64,000 bases of DNA from Patescibacteria group bacterium. Lineage in GTDB: Bacteria; Patescibacteriota; Minisyncoccia; Phycocordibacterales; SBAW01. Positions 10,142 through 19,808 of the stretch are shown here, one piece after another (position 1 is the first letter of the stretch; every line of letters begins with the position of its first letter). A model generated the notes under the pieces. That model searched no databases. It was not told where the DNA came from and saw only the letters and a program-made list of their open reading frames with translations. The stretch lies in contig JAGWOD010000003.1 of the NCBI GenBank assembly GCA_028871115.1, positions 103 through 64,102 on the forward strand, given 5' to 3'. The position numbers and the translations under genes are program-made.

Positions 10142-10564
10142 TCAAAGAGCTCGGTCGATTGCTTCGTTTACAAGCGCGTCCGCCCGCTTGTTCTGCTCCC
10201 GTGGAATATGCTCAAAGGTAATGTTCGGCGCACGTTCGAGTCGAAACTCTGCAATACGAGAAAAAAATTCTTTGAGCTTCGGCTCTTTTACTTTATATAC
10301 TCCCTGCATCTGTCGCACGATAAGCTCGCTGTCCATGCGCACATGTATTGTCATTGTTTGCAGGCGCTTGCCATAGAGACTTTCGGCCCGCATAAGAGCA
10401 CGCAAAAGTGCCTCATATTCCGCGACATTATTGGTAGCCTCCCCCAAGTAATCAGAAACAGTCGCTACTTCTTTACCTGCTTCATTAAAAAGAGCGGCGC
10501 CGGCGCCGGCAGGTCCCGGATTACCGCGGGCTCCGCCATCGGTGTACATAGTAAGAGTCGCCAC
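10142..10564 (-). CDS. rnhA: Ribonuclease HI
   Basis: MYTDGGARGNPGPAGAGAALF... is the RNase H type 1 catalytic start, with the downstream E and D residues in the expected spacing. Confidence 0.85.
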   Translation of the reverse strand: MATLTMYTDGGARGNPGPAGAGAALFNEAGKEVATVSDYLGEATNNVAEYEALLRALMRAESLYGKRLQTMTIHVRMDSELIVRQMQGVYKVKEPKLKEFFSRIAEFRLERAPNITFEHIPREQNKRADALVNEAIDRAL

Positions 10565-10566
10565 TT

Positions 10567-12258
10567 CTAGAGTATATCAACGACCCTGAGGCGCGGACGA
10601 CCGCGGAAGTCTTGCTCGACATGACCTATAACATCTACCCGTAGGCCGAGCGAAATCTTTTTCTGGAAAGAATCAGGAGTTGAAAAAAATGAAACGCCAG
10701 AAAGCTCCGCTCCCCCGCGGGCGAGACCCACTTCCAAGTGATCATTCTTCTTTCCGAAGGTGCGTACCCGTGAAACAGATACGCTAGGAAAAAGAAAAAT
10801 GGGTTTTTTGTTGCCCGTGCCAAAAGGCGAGAGAAGGCGTAGATGCCGCAGCGCTTGAGGTGCATCTTCAAGAGTGAGCTCCGCATCGATAAGCGTTTCT
10901 CTTTCCTTACCTTCCTGAGCACGTACCGCAATGAATGCTTCATTGAGACGCTCCGGAAGTTCATGCGCACGTTCTTCCTTAAGAGAAAAACCGCCCGAGA
11001 ATTCATGGCCACCGAAATCCTCGAAAAACTCTCGCGCAGCACCCATGACTTCAACGACGTTGATGCTCCCATCAGAACGACACGATCCTTTAAGGGTCTC
11101 CCCTCCCTCCCGGCCCCATAAAAACACGGGGACGCCTTCTGATTCAACAAGAGCATTCGCGACAAGTCCCAAAATCCCCGGCCGCCAGAGAGGATTACCC
11201 ATGACGATAAGAGGAGAGGATACCCCGCCGCGCTTGCGCAGGCGAGAGCGCGCTTCCTTCACCGTTGAGGCAACCGCTCCCTTACGCTCGTCGTTGAGTT
11301 TTTCCAAACGAAGCGCTAAACGGAGTCCTTCCTCCTCACTTGTCGTACTGAGAAGCTCCGCGGCAATCTCGGGGGAACCCATGCGTGAGGCGGCATTGAT
11401 GCGGGGCGTCACCATGAATGCCACATCATCTTCAGTAAGCGTCTCTTGTTTGACGCGTATCGTGCGCAAGAGCGCCCGCAACCCCGCTCGACGGCTTTTG
11501 CGCATGACAAGAAGCCCGTAGGAAGCGAGCATGCGATTCTCGCCTTGCAGTGGCACCATGTCAGAGAGTGTGGAGAGCCCTACAAGATCGAGGAGCCAAC
11601 GCTCCTTCCCCTCGGGCAATAGTGAACGCTCTCGTAGAAGGATCGCCTGCACAAGCTTCCATGCAACACCACCTCCGCACAACTCCTTGAAAGGGTAGGT
11701 GCTATCAGTGCGATGTGGATTGATAATCGCCAAAGCGGGAGGAAGTGTCGCCTGGGGAAGATGATGATCGGTGACAATAACTTCCATCCCGAGCCCCTGC
11801 GCGTATATAACCTGCTCATGATCGGTGGTACCAAGATCGACTGTAATAACAAGCCCAACTCCTTCCGCGGCGAGTATCTCTAAACCTTCTTTATTAAGGC
11901 CGTAGCCTTCCTCGTGTCGATGAGGAATATAGTGACGCACGCTGCAGCCAATGGAGCGCAGAAACTCAGCAAGAGCCACTCCGCCCGGAATACCGTCGCA
12001 ATCGTAATCACTCCAGACGCAGATATATTCGTGCCCGTGTGCCGCCTCAATAAGGCGACGAGCAGCTTGCTCCATATCAGGGAGCAAAAATGGGTCGTGC
12101 GAATCTCCTTCAAAAGAAGGTGAAATGAAGCGCTCCGCTTCTTCCGCACTAGTAATACCGCGCGAAAGAAGGAGACGTCGCATGAATTCGGGATAGCGCA
12201 AGAGCATCGTGTGCGCTTCGGGGGAAGCCTCCTCCCGCACGCGATAGCGTTTGGTCAT
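10567..12258 (-). CDS. recJ: Single-stranded-DNA-specific exonuclease RecJ
   Basis: DHH motifs (SDYDCDGI, VITVDLG, VIVTDHHLP) and DHHA1 region. Start trimmed to the internal Met (MTKRYRV) to avoid overlapping the divergent HIT gene. Confidence 0.85.
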   Translation of the reverse strand: MTKRYRVREEASPEAHTMLLRYPEFMRRLLLSRGITSAEEAERFISPSFEGDSHDPFLLPDMEQAARRLIEAAHGHEYICVWSDYDCDGIPGGVALAEFLRSIGCSVRHYIPHRHEEGYGLNKEGLEILAAEGVGLVITVDLGTTDHEQVIYAQGLGMEVIVTDHHLPQATLPPALAIINPHRTDSTYPFKELCGGGVAWKLVQAILLRERSLLPEGKERWLLDLVGLSTLSDMVPLQGENRMLASYGLLVMRKSRRAGLRALLRTIRVKQETLTEDDVAFMVTPRINAASRMGSPEIAAELLSTTSEEEGLRLALRLEKLNDERKGAVASTVKEARSRLRKRGGVSSPLIVMGNPLWRPGILGLVANALVESEGVPVFLWGREGGETLKGSCRSDGSINVVEVMGAAREFFEDFGGHEFSGGFSLKEERAHELPERLNEAFIAVRAQEGKERETLIDAELTLEDAPQALRHLRLLSPFGTGNKKPIFLFPSVSVSRVRTFGKKNDHLEVGLARGGAELSGVSFFSTPDSFQKKISLGLRVDVIGHVEQDFRGRPRLRVVDIL

Positions 12259-12266
12259 ACTAAGGA

Positions 12267-12656
12267 TTGTATACTGAACGCATGGCGGACCAAGTGGAAA
12301 ACTGCGTCTTTTGCAAAATAGTCGCAGGAGAGATTCCTTCGACGAAGGTGTACGAGGATGATGCGTATCTCGCTTTTCTTGATATACGTCCACAAGCACC
12401 CGGGCATACTCTTATTATTCCCAAACAACACTACCGATGGGTATGGGACGTGCCCAATGTCGGCGAATATTTCGAGCGGGTGCGCTCCATAGCGCTCGCA
12501 CTGCAGAGTTCCTTTGGAACGGAAGAGGTACACTGCCGCGTCATCGGAGAAGAAGTACCCCATGCACATGTATGGGTCTACCCCGCGCCGAACAAAGCTC
12601 GGGGAGCCAAAGATGCCTTCTCGGAAAACGCCGAGCGTATACGTGCCGCATTATAG
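12267..12656 (+). CDS. HIT-family (histidine triad) nucleotide hydrolase
   Basis: CVFCKI...[10 protein letters not shown] and the histidine triad [10 protein letters not shown]. Confidence 0.8.
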   Translation: MYTERMADQVENCVFCKIVAGEIPSTKVYEDDAYLAFLDIRPQAPGHTLIIPKQHYRWVWDVPNVGEYFERVRSIALALQSSFGTEEVHCRVIGEEVPHAHVWVYPAPNKARGAKDAFSENAERIRAAL

Positions 12657-12657
12657 A

Positions 12658-12684
12658 GAACGCCCCGAAAGGGGCGTTCGTTAT
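12658..12684 (+). terminator. GC-rich hairpin with GAAA tetraloop downstream of the HIT gene (probable terminator)
   Basis: GAACGCCCC-GAAA-GGGGCGTTC, a 9 bp stem. The T-tract is weak (TTCGTTATG). Confidence 0.4.
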
Positions 12685-12846
12685 GCGTGATGATGAAAAA
12701 GTAGGAACAAAACTGTGCCCAGAATGAGCGAACACCCTACTACTGCCGCACAGATGTAGCGTAGTACTTTTTCATGAGGATCCATTATCCTCTTCTCCCT
12801 CAAAAAGTCTTCTCTAGTAGTAGCAGAAAGGAGTGCTTCCGGGAAG

Positions 12847-13977
12847 TTATGCGCGCAAGGGTTCAATTCCGGGGAGGGTCCCATTGGCGAGAAATTGGAG
12901 CATGGCGCCGCCGCCGGTTGATAAAAATGCTCTTGAGCCTTCGAAGGATATCCCCGAGAGAGCCGCGAGCGTGTCGCCCCCGCCGATGACTGCGGGCACT
13001 TTTGCCGATACGATTGCTCTGCCAAGCGCTTCGGTAGGGCCAATAAATCCTTTCTCATATACACCGAGTGTGCCGTTCCAGAGAACAAAAGGACTTTCAG
13101 CGATTTCCTCACTCCAGCGTTTTGCGGTTGCGGGGCCTGCATCCATGATTATCTCGTCCGCCGCAATGTCGTCGATGCCACAAACTCTCGCCACGCCATC
13201 TTTCACAACGGTGACGTCCTCTTCAACTACGATACGAGAATCGGACGCAAGCGCTCTGGGAATTGGTATTTCCGATACGAGCGAGCGGCCAACACCGTGA
13301 CCGCGCGCCACAAGAAAATCATCAGCAATCGCTCCGACTACATGAACCCGTTCGTAGAGATCGAGTAGTTTCATGATGAGCGGTTCCTTGGTCTTAAATT
13401 TTGCTCCTCCCACATATGCTCGGGCGCTCGGAGGAGGCTGAAGCGCTTTGCTGAGATGACTCACTTCCTCTTCCATAAGAAGCCCTGCATAGGAGGGGAG
13501 GAGTCCTGCGATCCCCACGATCGATGCGTGCGTCCGGTGGGAATCAGCGAACGCATCATTGACGTAAAGTTTTCCGAGAGCGGCAAGTTGCTGCGAGAGG
13601 ACGGGGCTGTTTTCCTCTTCCCCCGCTTCGCGCCTTATATTTTCAAGAATCATACACTCCCCCGGAGCCATTTTTGATGCCTCAGTCGCCGCTTCAGAGA
13701 GTGCGCCTGTGAAAAATCTAATAGGTACAGAGGTGAGTCCTTGGAGCGAGTGCGCCACACCTTGGAGACTTACTCCATCGCGCCCAAGATGGCCAAGAAT
13801 AATAGTTTTAGCGTTTCGCTCTGAAAGATATTCGATAGTGGGAAGCGCCTTTTTAAGGCGGAATGGATCAAGTGGTGCACCATCCTCCCCCACGGGTACG
13901 TTGAGGCTTGTACGCAGGACTACAGTATTTCCTACAACATCTGCTTCCCGTACACTTCGGAGTTTCATCTCTCCCAT
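12847..13977 (-). CDS. pgk: Phosphoglycerate kinase
   Basis: The N-terminal R-x-D-x-N-V-P motif is present (LRTSLNVPVG), and the length and domain layout fit PGK. Confidence 0.9.
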   Translation of the reverse strand: MGEMKLRSVREADVVGNTVVLRTSLNVPVGEDGAPLDPFRLKKALPTIEYLSERNAKTIILGHLGRDGVSLQGVAHSLQGLTSVPIRFFTGALSEAATEASKMAPGECMILENIRREAGEEENSPVLSQQLAALGKLYVNDAFADSHRTHASIVGIAGLLPSYAGLLMEEEVSHLSKALQPPPSARAYVGGAKFKTKEPLIMKLLDLYERVHVVGAIADDFLVARGHGVGRSLVSEIPIPRALASDSRIVVEEDVTVVKDGVARVCGIDDIAADEIIMDAGPATAKRWSEEIAESPFVLWNGTLGVYEKGFIGPTEALGRAIVSAKVPAVIGGGDTLAALSGISFEGSRAFLSTGGGAMLQFLANGTLPGIEPLRA

Positions 13978-13985
13978 AAATAGTG

Positions 13986-14756
13986 CTACCGAACTGACTG
14001 GAGTATCTGAAGAAATGAATTGGCGTCGGCACTTGCGTGTCCTACAAGAAAGCCTGAAACATTTCCCTCTTGTATGAGTGTCGCAGCGTTGGACGGTTCA
14101 ACAGATCCTCCGTAGAGAATAGGAACGCGTAGTGCCGCATCGCGACCAATTCGATTGGCCACACTTTTGCGTATGAAAATTGCTGTCTCACGCAGCTCTG
14201 TGGGCTTCATGGCACCGGACGCTGTCTTTCCAATCGCCCACACCGGCTCATACGCGATGACAAATTTCCCTGCATCAGCCTTGGCGATACCTGCAAGAGC
14301 GGAGGAGAGCTGAGTGCCGAGGTATTCGAAGTGGTCTCCGGATGCATCTCGCTCCTTTTCGCCGATACAAAGGACAGGCCGAATGCCTTCATCAAGCGCC
14401 CGAGTAAATTTTTCATGTACTTCCTGATCGCGCTCCCCTGCAGCACGGCGCTCCGAATGCCCAACAATGACAAAGGAAACCCCGAGGGCCTTCAAAAGTG
14501 CCCCTGGCACCTCGCCGGTATGCGCTCCTCCTGGGTGTGCAGAGAGATCCTGCGCTCCTACCTGTAGTGAAGAACCTTTAAGCGCTAGAGTGAGAAGAGG
14601 AAGAAGTGGAAAAGAGGGTGCGAGTACCACCTGGACTCCTGAGAAGGTTGCCGCCTTGCGGCGCAATGTCTGTGCGAATCGCTTCGCGTCTTCGGGCGCC
14701 TCTATGTATGTTTTCCAATTGCCGATGATGAGGCGTTTGCGCGATCCGCTGGCCAT
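13986..14756 (-). CDS. tpiA: Triosephosphate isomerase
   Basis: IGNWK start, VIVGHSERR, and the catalytic-loop region. Lies immediately downstream of pgk, as is common. Confidence 0.9.
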   Translation of the reverse strand: MASGSRKRLIIGNWKTYIEAPEDAKRFAQTLRRKAATFSGVQVVLAPSFPLLPLLTLALKGSSLQVGAQDLSAHPGGAHTGEVPGALLKALGVSFVIVGHSERRAAGERDQEVHEKFTRALDEGIRPVLCIGEKERDASGDHFEYLGTQLSSALAGIAKADAGKFVIAYEPVWAIGKTASGAMKPTELRETAIFIRKSVANRIGRDAALRVPILYGGSVEPSNAATLIQEGNVSGFLVGHASADANSFLQILQSVR

Positions 14757-14800
14757 AAGTGCATTCTACGCCTTTTTGCCAGCACAGAAAATACACCGCG

Positions 14801-16318
14801 TCACTCTTGTCGCCACAGGATGATGTTGTACTGACTTGAAGCGTAGGGGGTAAAGGGGGGCGGATCATTGGCAAGTGTCCCATCATAGGAGTAACTGCGC
14901 GTTTGATACCCGGAGGTTACTGGACTGCCCCATGCGACTCCTCCCTGCTCGTCATAGACAAAGGATCCAATTGCAGTAAGAGAAGTACGCAAAACATCTG
15001 AAGCATACTGGGAAGGAACGGAGTCTTGGCCTCCGTTTTGATAGTAATAAAAATTACGTCCGAATTCTCCGTTTTGAGCTACAAAAATTCCGTGGACCGT
15101 CATTTGATCTGGGGAGTTAAGGGGTATGAGCACGTTTCCCTCAGCGATTGCGGTAAGACCGTCGGATCCGTCATACGCCGCATACGTAATATTGTTTGGA
15201 AGGATAATATCGGGGTTTGCTCCTCCATCTCCCGTTAAATCAGCTGCAGCCACAGTGACCTTACCCTTCAGGGTGCCTTCAATCCATGCACGGTCTTCAA
15301 CGAAGATGGCACTACAGGAGGAGGGAATGGTGTAGTTGCCGAGGTACGTCTGTGAGGCAATGATGTTGTATTCCTGTGCCCAACCGTTTGCGTTGGAGTA
15401 GCTCCACACCGGGGTAGTTGCAGTCACTTGATAAACATCGACCGTACCATTGGCATTGAAAATGAGATGGTATCCACGCTGATTCGCCGATCCTGAAGCC
15501 TGCGGGAAATAGAGTCCGCCGTCGCTCTTTGCTGCTGTTTTTATCGAGGAGAGATTGACTGAAATATTGCCGAAGCTCACCTGCGGAACCGGATACACCC
15601 AGAGCGCGGGATTACCCCCTGTGCCGAAAACTCCCGGTTCATTTGTATTCGAACTACAACCGTAGGAGGAAGTGCATGTCCAACTGGAAACCGCACTTTC
15701 GACTTCAGAGAGATTGCTGCCATCCATGCGCACGCCGGAATTGGAAAGCACTCGTCCGTATACCGTCGAGGAAGAGCCGAACCAGATAGGGACGTTGGTG
15801 ATGTAGGCATAATTGGCAACCGACTCTTGCGCATAGCGACCGAAGACGCTCGAGGTAAGCGTCGGGTCTCCCGCTGTGGCACCAGTCGAAGTTATATCGA
15901 TGACAGTGGGTGAATTACATTGAAGATTTCCATTGATTGAGAGTGAAAAAGTTCCCGCAGTACCCCCTTCAGGATCCTGATACTCGTGAACATAGGGCCC
16001 TGACCCTCCAGTACCATCTTTAAGATCGGTCGGAAAATGGTAGAGATGCCAGGCATAATAATTGAGACCCGCTTCCGCGATATCGAATGCCTGCTCGCCA
16101 TTAATGCGATCCTCTTCCGCCCGCTGCATGGTAAGCAGATACCCCACGATGCCAAGACCGATCGTAAGAAACACCGCTCCAAAGACCACTACGGTAGCAA
16201 GAACAAATCCTGGAGTTCTGGAGCGGGTCATATCAAAATTGTGAGGCATTTCGCAGCGCAGCGGTCGAGCGCAGGATGTAATCGCCGGTTGAAGTCGATG
16301 TATTTTCATTGACAACAA
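14801..16318 (-). CDS. PilX-N-like type IV pilus assembly / minor pilin protein
   Basis: N-terminal hydrophobic helix (GFVLATVVVFGAVFLTIGLGIVGYLL) followed by the AFDIAEAGLNYYAWHL segment characteristic of PilX N-terminal domains. Large Ser/Thr/Gly-rich extracellular domain. Confidence 0.5.
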   Translation of the reverse strand: MLSMKIHRLQPAITSCARPLRCEMPHNFDMTRSRTPGFVLATVVVFGAVFLTIGLGIVGYLLTMQRAEEDRINGEQAFDIAEAGLNYYAWHLYHFPTDLKDGTGGSGPYVHEYQDPEGGTAGTFSLSINGNLQCNSPTVIDITSTGATAGDPTLTSSVFGRYAQESVANYAYITNVPIWFGSSSTVYGRVLSNSGVRMDGSNLSEVESAVSSWTCTSSYGCSSNTNEPGVFGTGGNPALWVYPVPQVSFGNISVNLSSIKTAAKSDGGLYFPQASGSANQRGYHLIFNANGTVDVYQVTATTPVWSYSNANGWAQEYNIIASQTYLGNYTIPSSCSAIFVEDRAWIEGTLKGKVTVAAADLTGDGGANPDIILPNNITYAAYDGSDGLTAIAEGNVLIPLNSPDQMTVHGIFVAQNGEFGRNFYYYQNGGQDSVPSQYASDVLRTSLTAIGSFVYDEQGGVAWGSPVTSGYQTRSYSYDGTLANDPPPFTPYASSQYNIILWRQE

Positions 16319-16826
16319 GCTCCACAGTAACGTAGGCGACAGCGGTCGTCGTTGAGTAGGTGGTTATTTGTGTCGAGGATGCATTGAAGTATTGAAATAT
16401 AGGAATATTCTCAAGCCCGTTGCGCACGTATTTTGATATGGTTGTGGTCGATTCATTTGCTACCGGATAGGTTGGAGGCGAGCCCGTGGCTACAATAGTG
16501 CCCCGCACGAAGGTGGTGCCTGAGAGGTAATACTGTACCCACTCAGGGGTGTTGCTGTCATCGACGTTGGAATAGAAGGTGAAGGAAGAAGTTGCAATTG
16601 CGGAAACAGGATAGGACCCGTCAGCGCCGTATTGTATGCCTCGTATATCTGCAACTGTCTTTTCGATGCCTTGCCGCGCACTCTCGACTGCATATGCTTC
16701 ATTGAGGGTTGTGCTGTTGGAGCGATAAAAAATGATGATGGCAGCGGTGGTCGCGATAATGGTGAGCGTCGTGATTGCGATAACGACAATAAGTTCGACC
16801 AGTGTGTATCCTCTGAGATGGTTCAT
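16233..16826 (-). CDS. Prepilin-type N-terminal cleavage/methylation domain protein (pseudopilin / minor pilin)
   Basis: MNHLRG|YTLVELIVVIAITTL is the class III signal (G-F/Y-T-L-x-E) for a PilD-processed pilin. Confidence 0.7.
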   Translation of the reverse strand: MNHLRGYTLVELIVVIAITTLTIIATTAAIIIFYRSNSTTLNEAYAVESARQGIEKTVADIRGIQYGADGSYPVSAIATSSFTFYSNVDDSNTPEWVQYYLSGTTFVRGTIVATGSPPTYPVANESTTTISKYVRNGLENIPIFQYFNASSTQITTYSTTTAVAYVTVELVVNENTSTSTGDYILRSTAALRNASQF

Positions 16827-18562
16827 AGCGAAATGCTGTAGGTCGACTGGCCGGAAACTGAGATCGTAGCTGCCGTAGTAGTTCCGGTATACCCGAGAGC
16901 CGAGACAGAGAGTCCGTAATTGCTCGCCGCCGTAAGACCCGGGAAGAACGCATTGCCGCAGGAGTCAGTGAGTACTGTCGAAGAAAAGCCGCTGCGAGAG
17001 AGAGTGGTTGTGGCGTTTGCTATGGGGTTGCCAGTCGCCTGACTGTGCACGGCGACAGCAAGTGAATTTTGGGTATGGGCAACGAGATAGAGATTGTTGG
17101 TACCCGAGGAGCCAGGGGCGACTGAGAAGGGCTCCGAGGGACATGCCGAGGAAACATCCCAGTTGGTGGTTGAAGCCACTGCTGTAGTGTAGGAATCCCA
17201 TTCCAAGGTAGAGGTGGAATACTCTCCGGAAGTATTTGTTGAGAGCGTCTGCGATACTTTGTAGATAGCTGCCCCGAGTCCACTGGTTCCAATGGTTTTG
17301 GCACCGTGAATAGAAAAAGTGATCGACGGTAATGGTATCGGCCCCTGTAGATACGAGAGCGACCAGCTTGAAATTGAGGGCGTGGTTGATGCGTTGTTGG
17401 TTGCAAGGGTGGCTCCAATAATGAGCGAGGGGTAAGTCGACGTTGAGAGCGCCGAAATGTTTATAGGACTTGTAGTAAAACCAGTGGAATTGCCAGGGAG
17501 TGCCGAATTGGGAATGAGAGTTCCATTTTGCTCAAAAAGTTGCACGGTTACGGAGGTCCCTGCAGGGGCAGTTGCGCTCCATGAAAGATTTTGCCATTGC
17601 GAGAGATACGAGGGAGTAAAGGTAGTCGACTGTGCGCTGCCGCTCGGTGGGTAACCACTCTGCCCCGAGGTGAGAGTGAGTGCGCCGCCAGAGATACCCG
17701 TATTTGAAGTTGCGGAGAGATAGCTTGAGCTCGTGAGAGTGTCGGTAGTCGTTGCAGATTCTATAGGCTGCCAGGTACGCACAAGAAGTGAGGCGAGGGC
17801 ATCGATCGCAAATGTTGCAGAGGTGGTCTGATTTGCGGAGACAGTGAGATTGCCGGGGTTAGGATTGGGATTCTGGGAAGTAGCAGCGTAGGTTTGTGCG
17901 GTTGAATATCCAGGATAGGTCACTGTTATTTGATAGCCGCTACCGGGTGGAGCGCCTGGAAAAAGTACGAGGCCTGAAGTATTGGCATAAGTCGTAACAT
18001 TGATAGTCGGATTGAGGGAAGTATTTACAACATTGACTTCAGCACCTGATATAGGCTGCGCCTCCGCATTAATCGCGGTGAGTGAGAGTGTTCCGCCTCC
18101 ATTATTTGTTTCGCTTCCGCCGGGGCCGATGAAATTAGAAATAAGATCGACTGAGGAGGTACCGTAGCTCGTTGAAAACGAAACGACGACCTTGGCGCGC
18201 TTGTAATCCTCAGGACCATCCGCATCGGCAGAACCGCTGCTGTCTGCAGGATCGTCGACATACTGAATGAGTGTACGCCGGTCGTAAGAGATGCCATCGA
18301 GCGCCACCGATTCATCCTGAGGTATGGTGCCGGAGGGAATGCCTGAGACTGTACCGACAGAGGAATAGGGAAGTGCTCGAAGCTCCTCCATTCGCTCGAC
18401 TGCAAGCGAGAGGGCTCCCTCGCGAGCTCGGGCAATAGCGAGGTAGTGGAGGCTCGCTTGAAAGAGCGAGTAAAGACCGATGAACGCGACGAGAAGGATG
18501 GCCGAGGCAACAACGACCTCGATGAGCGTCATCCCGGGGTATGTTCTGCGGGAGGCCTGCAT
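16823..18562 (-). CDS. PilV-like pilin-domain protein with very long Ser/Thr-rich C-terminal region
   Basis: N-terminus ...G|MTLIEVVVASAILLVAFIGL is a prepilin-type signal resembling PilV. It is followed by about 500 aa of T/S/G/N-rich, likely glycosylated, extracellular sequence. Confidence 0.6.
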   Translation of the reverse strand: MQASRRTYPGMTLIEVVVASAILLVAFIGLYSLFQASLHYLAIARAREGALSLAVERMEELRALPYSSVGTVSGIPSGTIPQDESVALDGISYDRRTLIQYVDDPADSSGSADADGPEDYKRAKVVVSFSTSYGTSSVDLISNFIGPGGSETNNGGGTLSLTAINAEAQPISGAEVNVVNTSLNPTINVTTYANTSGLVLFPGAPPGSGYQITVTYPGYSTAQTYAATSQNPNPNPGNLTVSANQTTSATFAIDALASLLVRTWQPIESATTTDTLTSSSYLSATSNTGISGGALTLTSGQSGYPPSGSAQSTTFTPSYLSQWQNLSWSATAPAGTSVTVQLFEQNGTLIPNSALPGNSTGFTTSPINISALSTSTYPSLIIGATLATNNASTTPSISSWSLSYLQGPIPLPSITFSIHGAKTIGTSGLGAAIYKVSQTLSTNTSGEYSTSTLEWDSYTTAVASTTNWDVSSACPSEPFSVAPGSSGTNNLYLVAHTQNSLAVAVHSQATGNPIANATTTLSRSGFSSTVLTDSCGNAFFPGLTAASNYGLSVSALGYTGTTTAATISVSGQSTYSISL

Positions 18563-18571
18563 GCGGATCCT

Positions 18572-19804
18572 TCAGGAAATGCTGTTGGAGAGAGAATAGA
18601 TAGGCATGATCATCGCGATTGCAAAGAAGCCAACACCCGCCCCGATAACTACCATGAGGATAGGTTCGACGATGGTCGAGAGATCTTTGGTTTCCTGCTC
18701 CACATCTTCTTCATAGAAGTCCGCAACACGGGCAAGCATACCGGGCATATCTCCTGTCTCCTCCCCTACTGCTGACATCTCCGCAAACATGACCGGATAT
18801 ATTTTCTCAGCTTCGACAAAGGCTTCCGACATGGGTTTGCCTTTCTCGACAAGTTCATGGGCATGGGCGATGATCGGACGAAAGATGCTGTTTTGCACGA
18901 CTGATTCCGTGATCTCAAGTGCTTGCAGTGCTGAGACACCCGCCGCAAGAAGCGAAGAGAGTGTGCGCGCGGTCCGCGCGGCATTCACCTTGGCCACAAT
19001 AGCGCCGATAATGGGCATATAGAGGAGCGCGAAATCGAATGCCCGTTTGCCAGGTGCCGATCGCAGGGCCGTTGCGAATCCCACAACAACGAGAACAATG
19101 AGTATCGCAACGAGTAGGGTGTTGGTGATGATGAAATTAGAGAGCCCGAGCACAATCTGGGTCGGAAGCGGGAGCTGTGCGTTCAGCGATTGAAATGTTG
19201 CAGAGAGAGTGGGTACGACAAAGATGAGCATCAAGACAAAGATGGCGAGCATGACAGTGATGACAATTGCTGGGTAGATCATCGCACCACGGACTTTTTT
19301 GGTGAGCGTATAAGAACGCTCCATCTGAGTTGCGACAACCTGAAGTGCTTGCGAGAGTGTTCCCGACTCCTCTCCCGCATGTGCCATGGCAACAAAGAGC
19401 GGGGAGAAGACTTTCGGATGTCCACGTAGTGCAGCGTGGAACGTATTTCCCGCGCGCACGTCCGCACTCACCCCCGCAATCGTCTTCTTCATGATGACGT
19501 TTTTGGTCTGCTTCTCGAGGACCGCGAGTGCGCGAGAGAGCGGAAGCCCTGCAGCAATCATGGCGGAGAGATTACGGGCGAAAAGTATCTTCTCGCTGTT
19601 GGGGACGCGCGAGAGAAACGGAATGGTCATATTCATCGAAAAGTTGAGTTTCCCCTTCTCTCCCCTTCCGCGAGAGACATCAATTGAAAGGGCGGTGGCA
19701 CCTTCTTGCTTGAGGATCTCAACAAGCGCGTGCTTATCGGGAGCTTCACGCGTCCCTTCTATCTTCTCGCCTGCCCGCATTGCTGTGTAGGTGTAGAGGG
19801 CCAT
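18572..19804 (-). CDS. pilC: Type IV pilus platform protein PilC (GspF family)
   Basis: MALYTYTAMRAGEKIEGT start and duplicated T2SSF domains with three TM segments. Confidence 0.85.
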   Translation of the reverse strand: MALYTYTAMRAGEKIEGTREAPDKHALVEILKQEGATALSIDVSRGRGEKGKLNFSMNMTIPFLSRVPNSEKILFARNLSAMIAAGLPLSRALAVLEKQTKNVIMKKTIAGVSADVRAGNTFHAALRGHPKVFSPLFVAMAHAGEESGTLSQALQVVATQMERSYTLTKKVRGAMIYPAIVITVMLAIFVLMLIFVVPTLSATFQSLNAQLPLPTQIVLGLSNFIITNTLLVAILIVLVVVGFATALRSAPGKRAFDFALLYMPIIGAIVAKVNAARTARTLSSLLAAGVSALQALEITESVVQNSIFRPIIAHAHELVEKGKPMSEAFVEAEKIYPVMFAEMSAVGEETGDMPGMLARVADFYEEDVEQETKDLSTIVEPILMVVIGAGVGFFAIAMIMPIYSLSNSIS

Positions 19805-19808
19805 ATTT

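Noticed and set aside
10635-11521. 176 aa and 196 aa ORFs inside recJ (both strands and frames)
   Set aside because: Both are embedded in the well-supported RecJ coding region. GC-rich genes commonly give long spurious alternative-frame ORFs.
12681-13142. 153 aa minus-strand ORF overlapping pgk
   Set aside because: It overlaps the 3' end of pgk in another frame. Only its last about 33 codons (12681..12782), a possible tiny TM peptide, lie outside pgk, and that alone is too weak to call.
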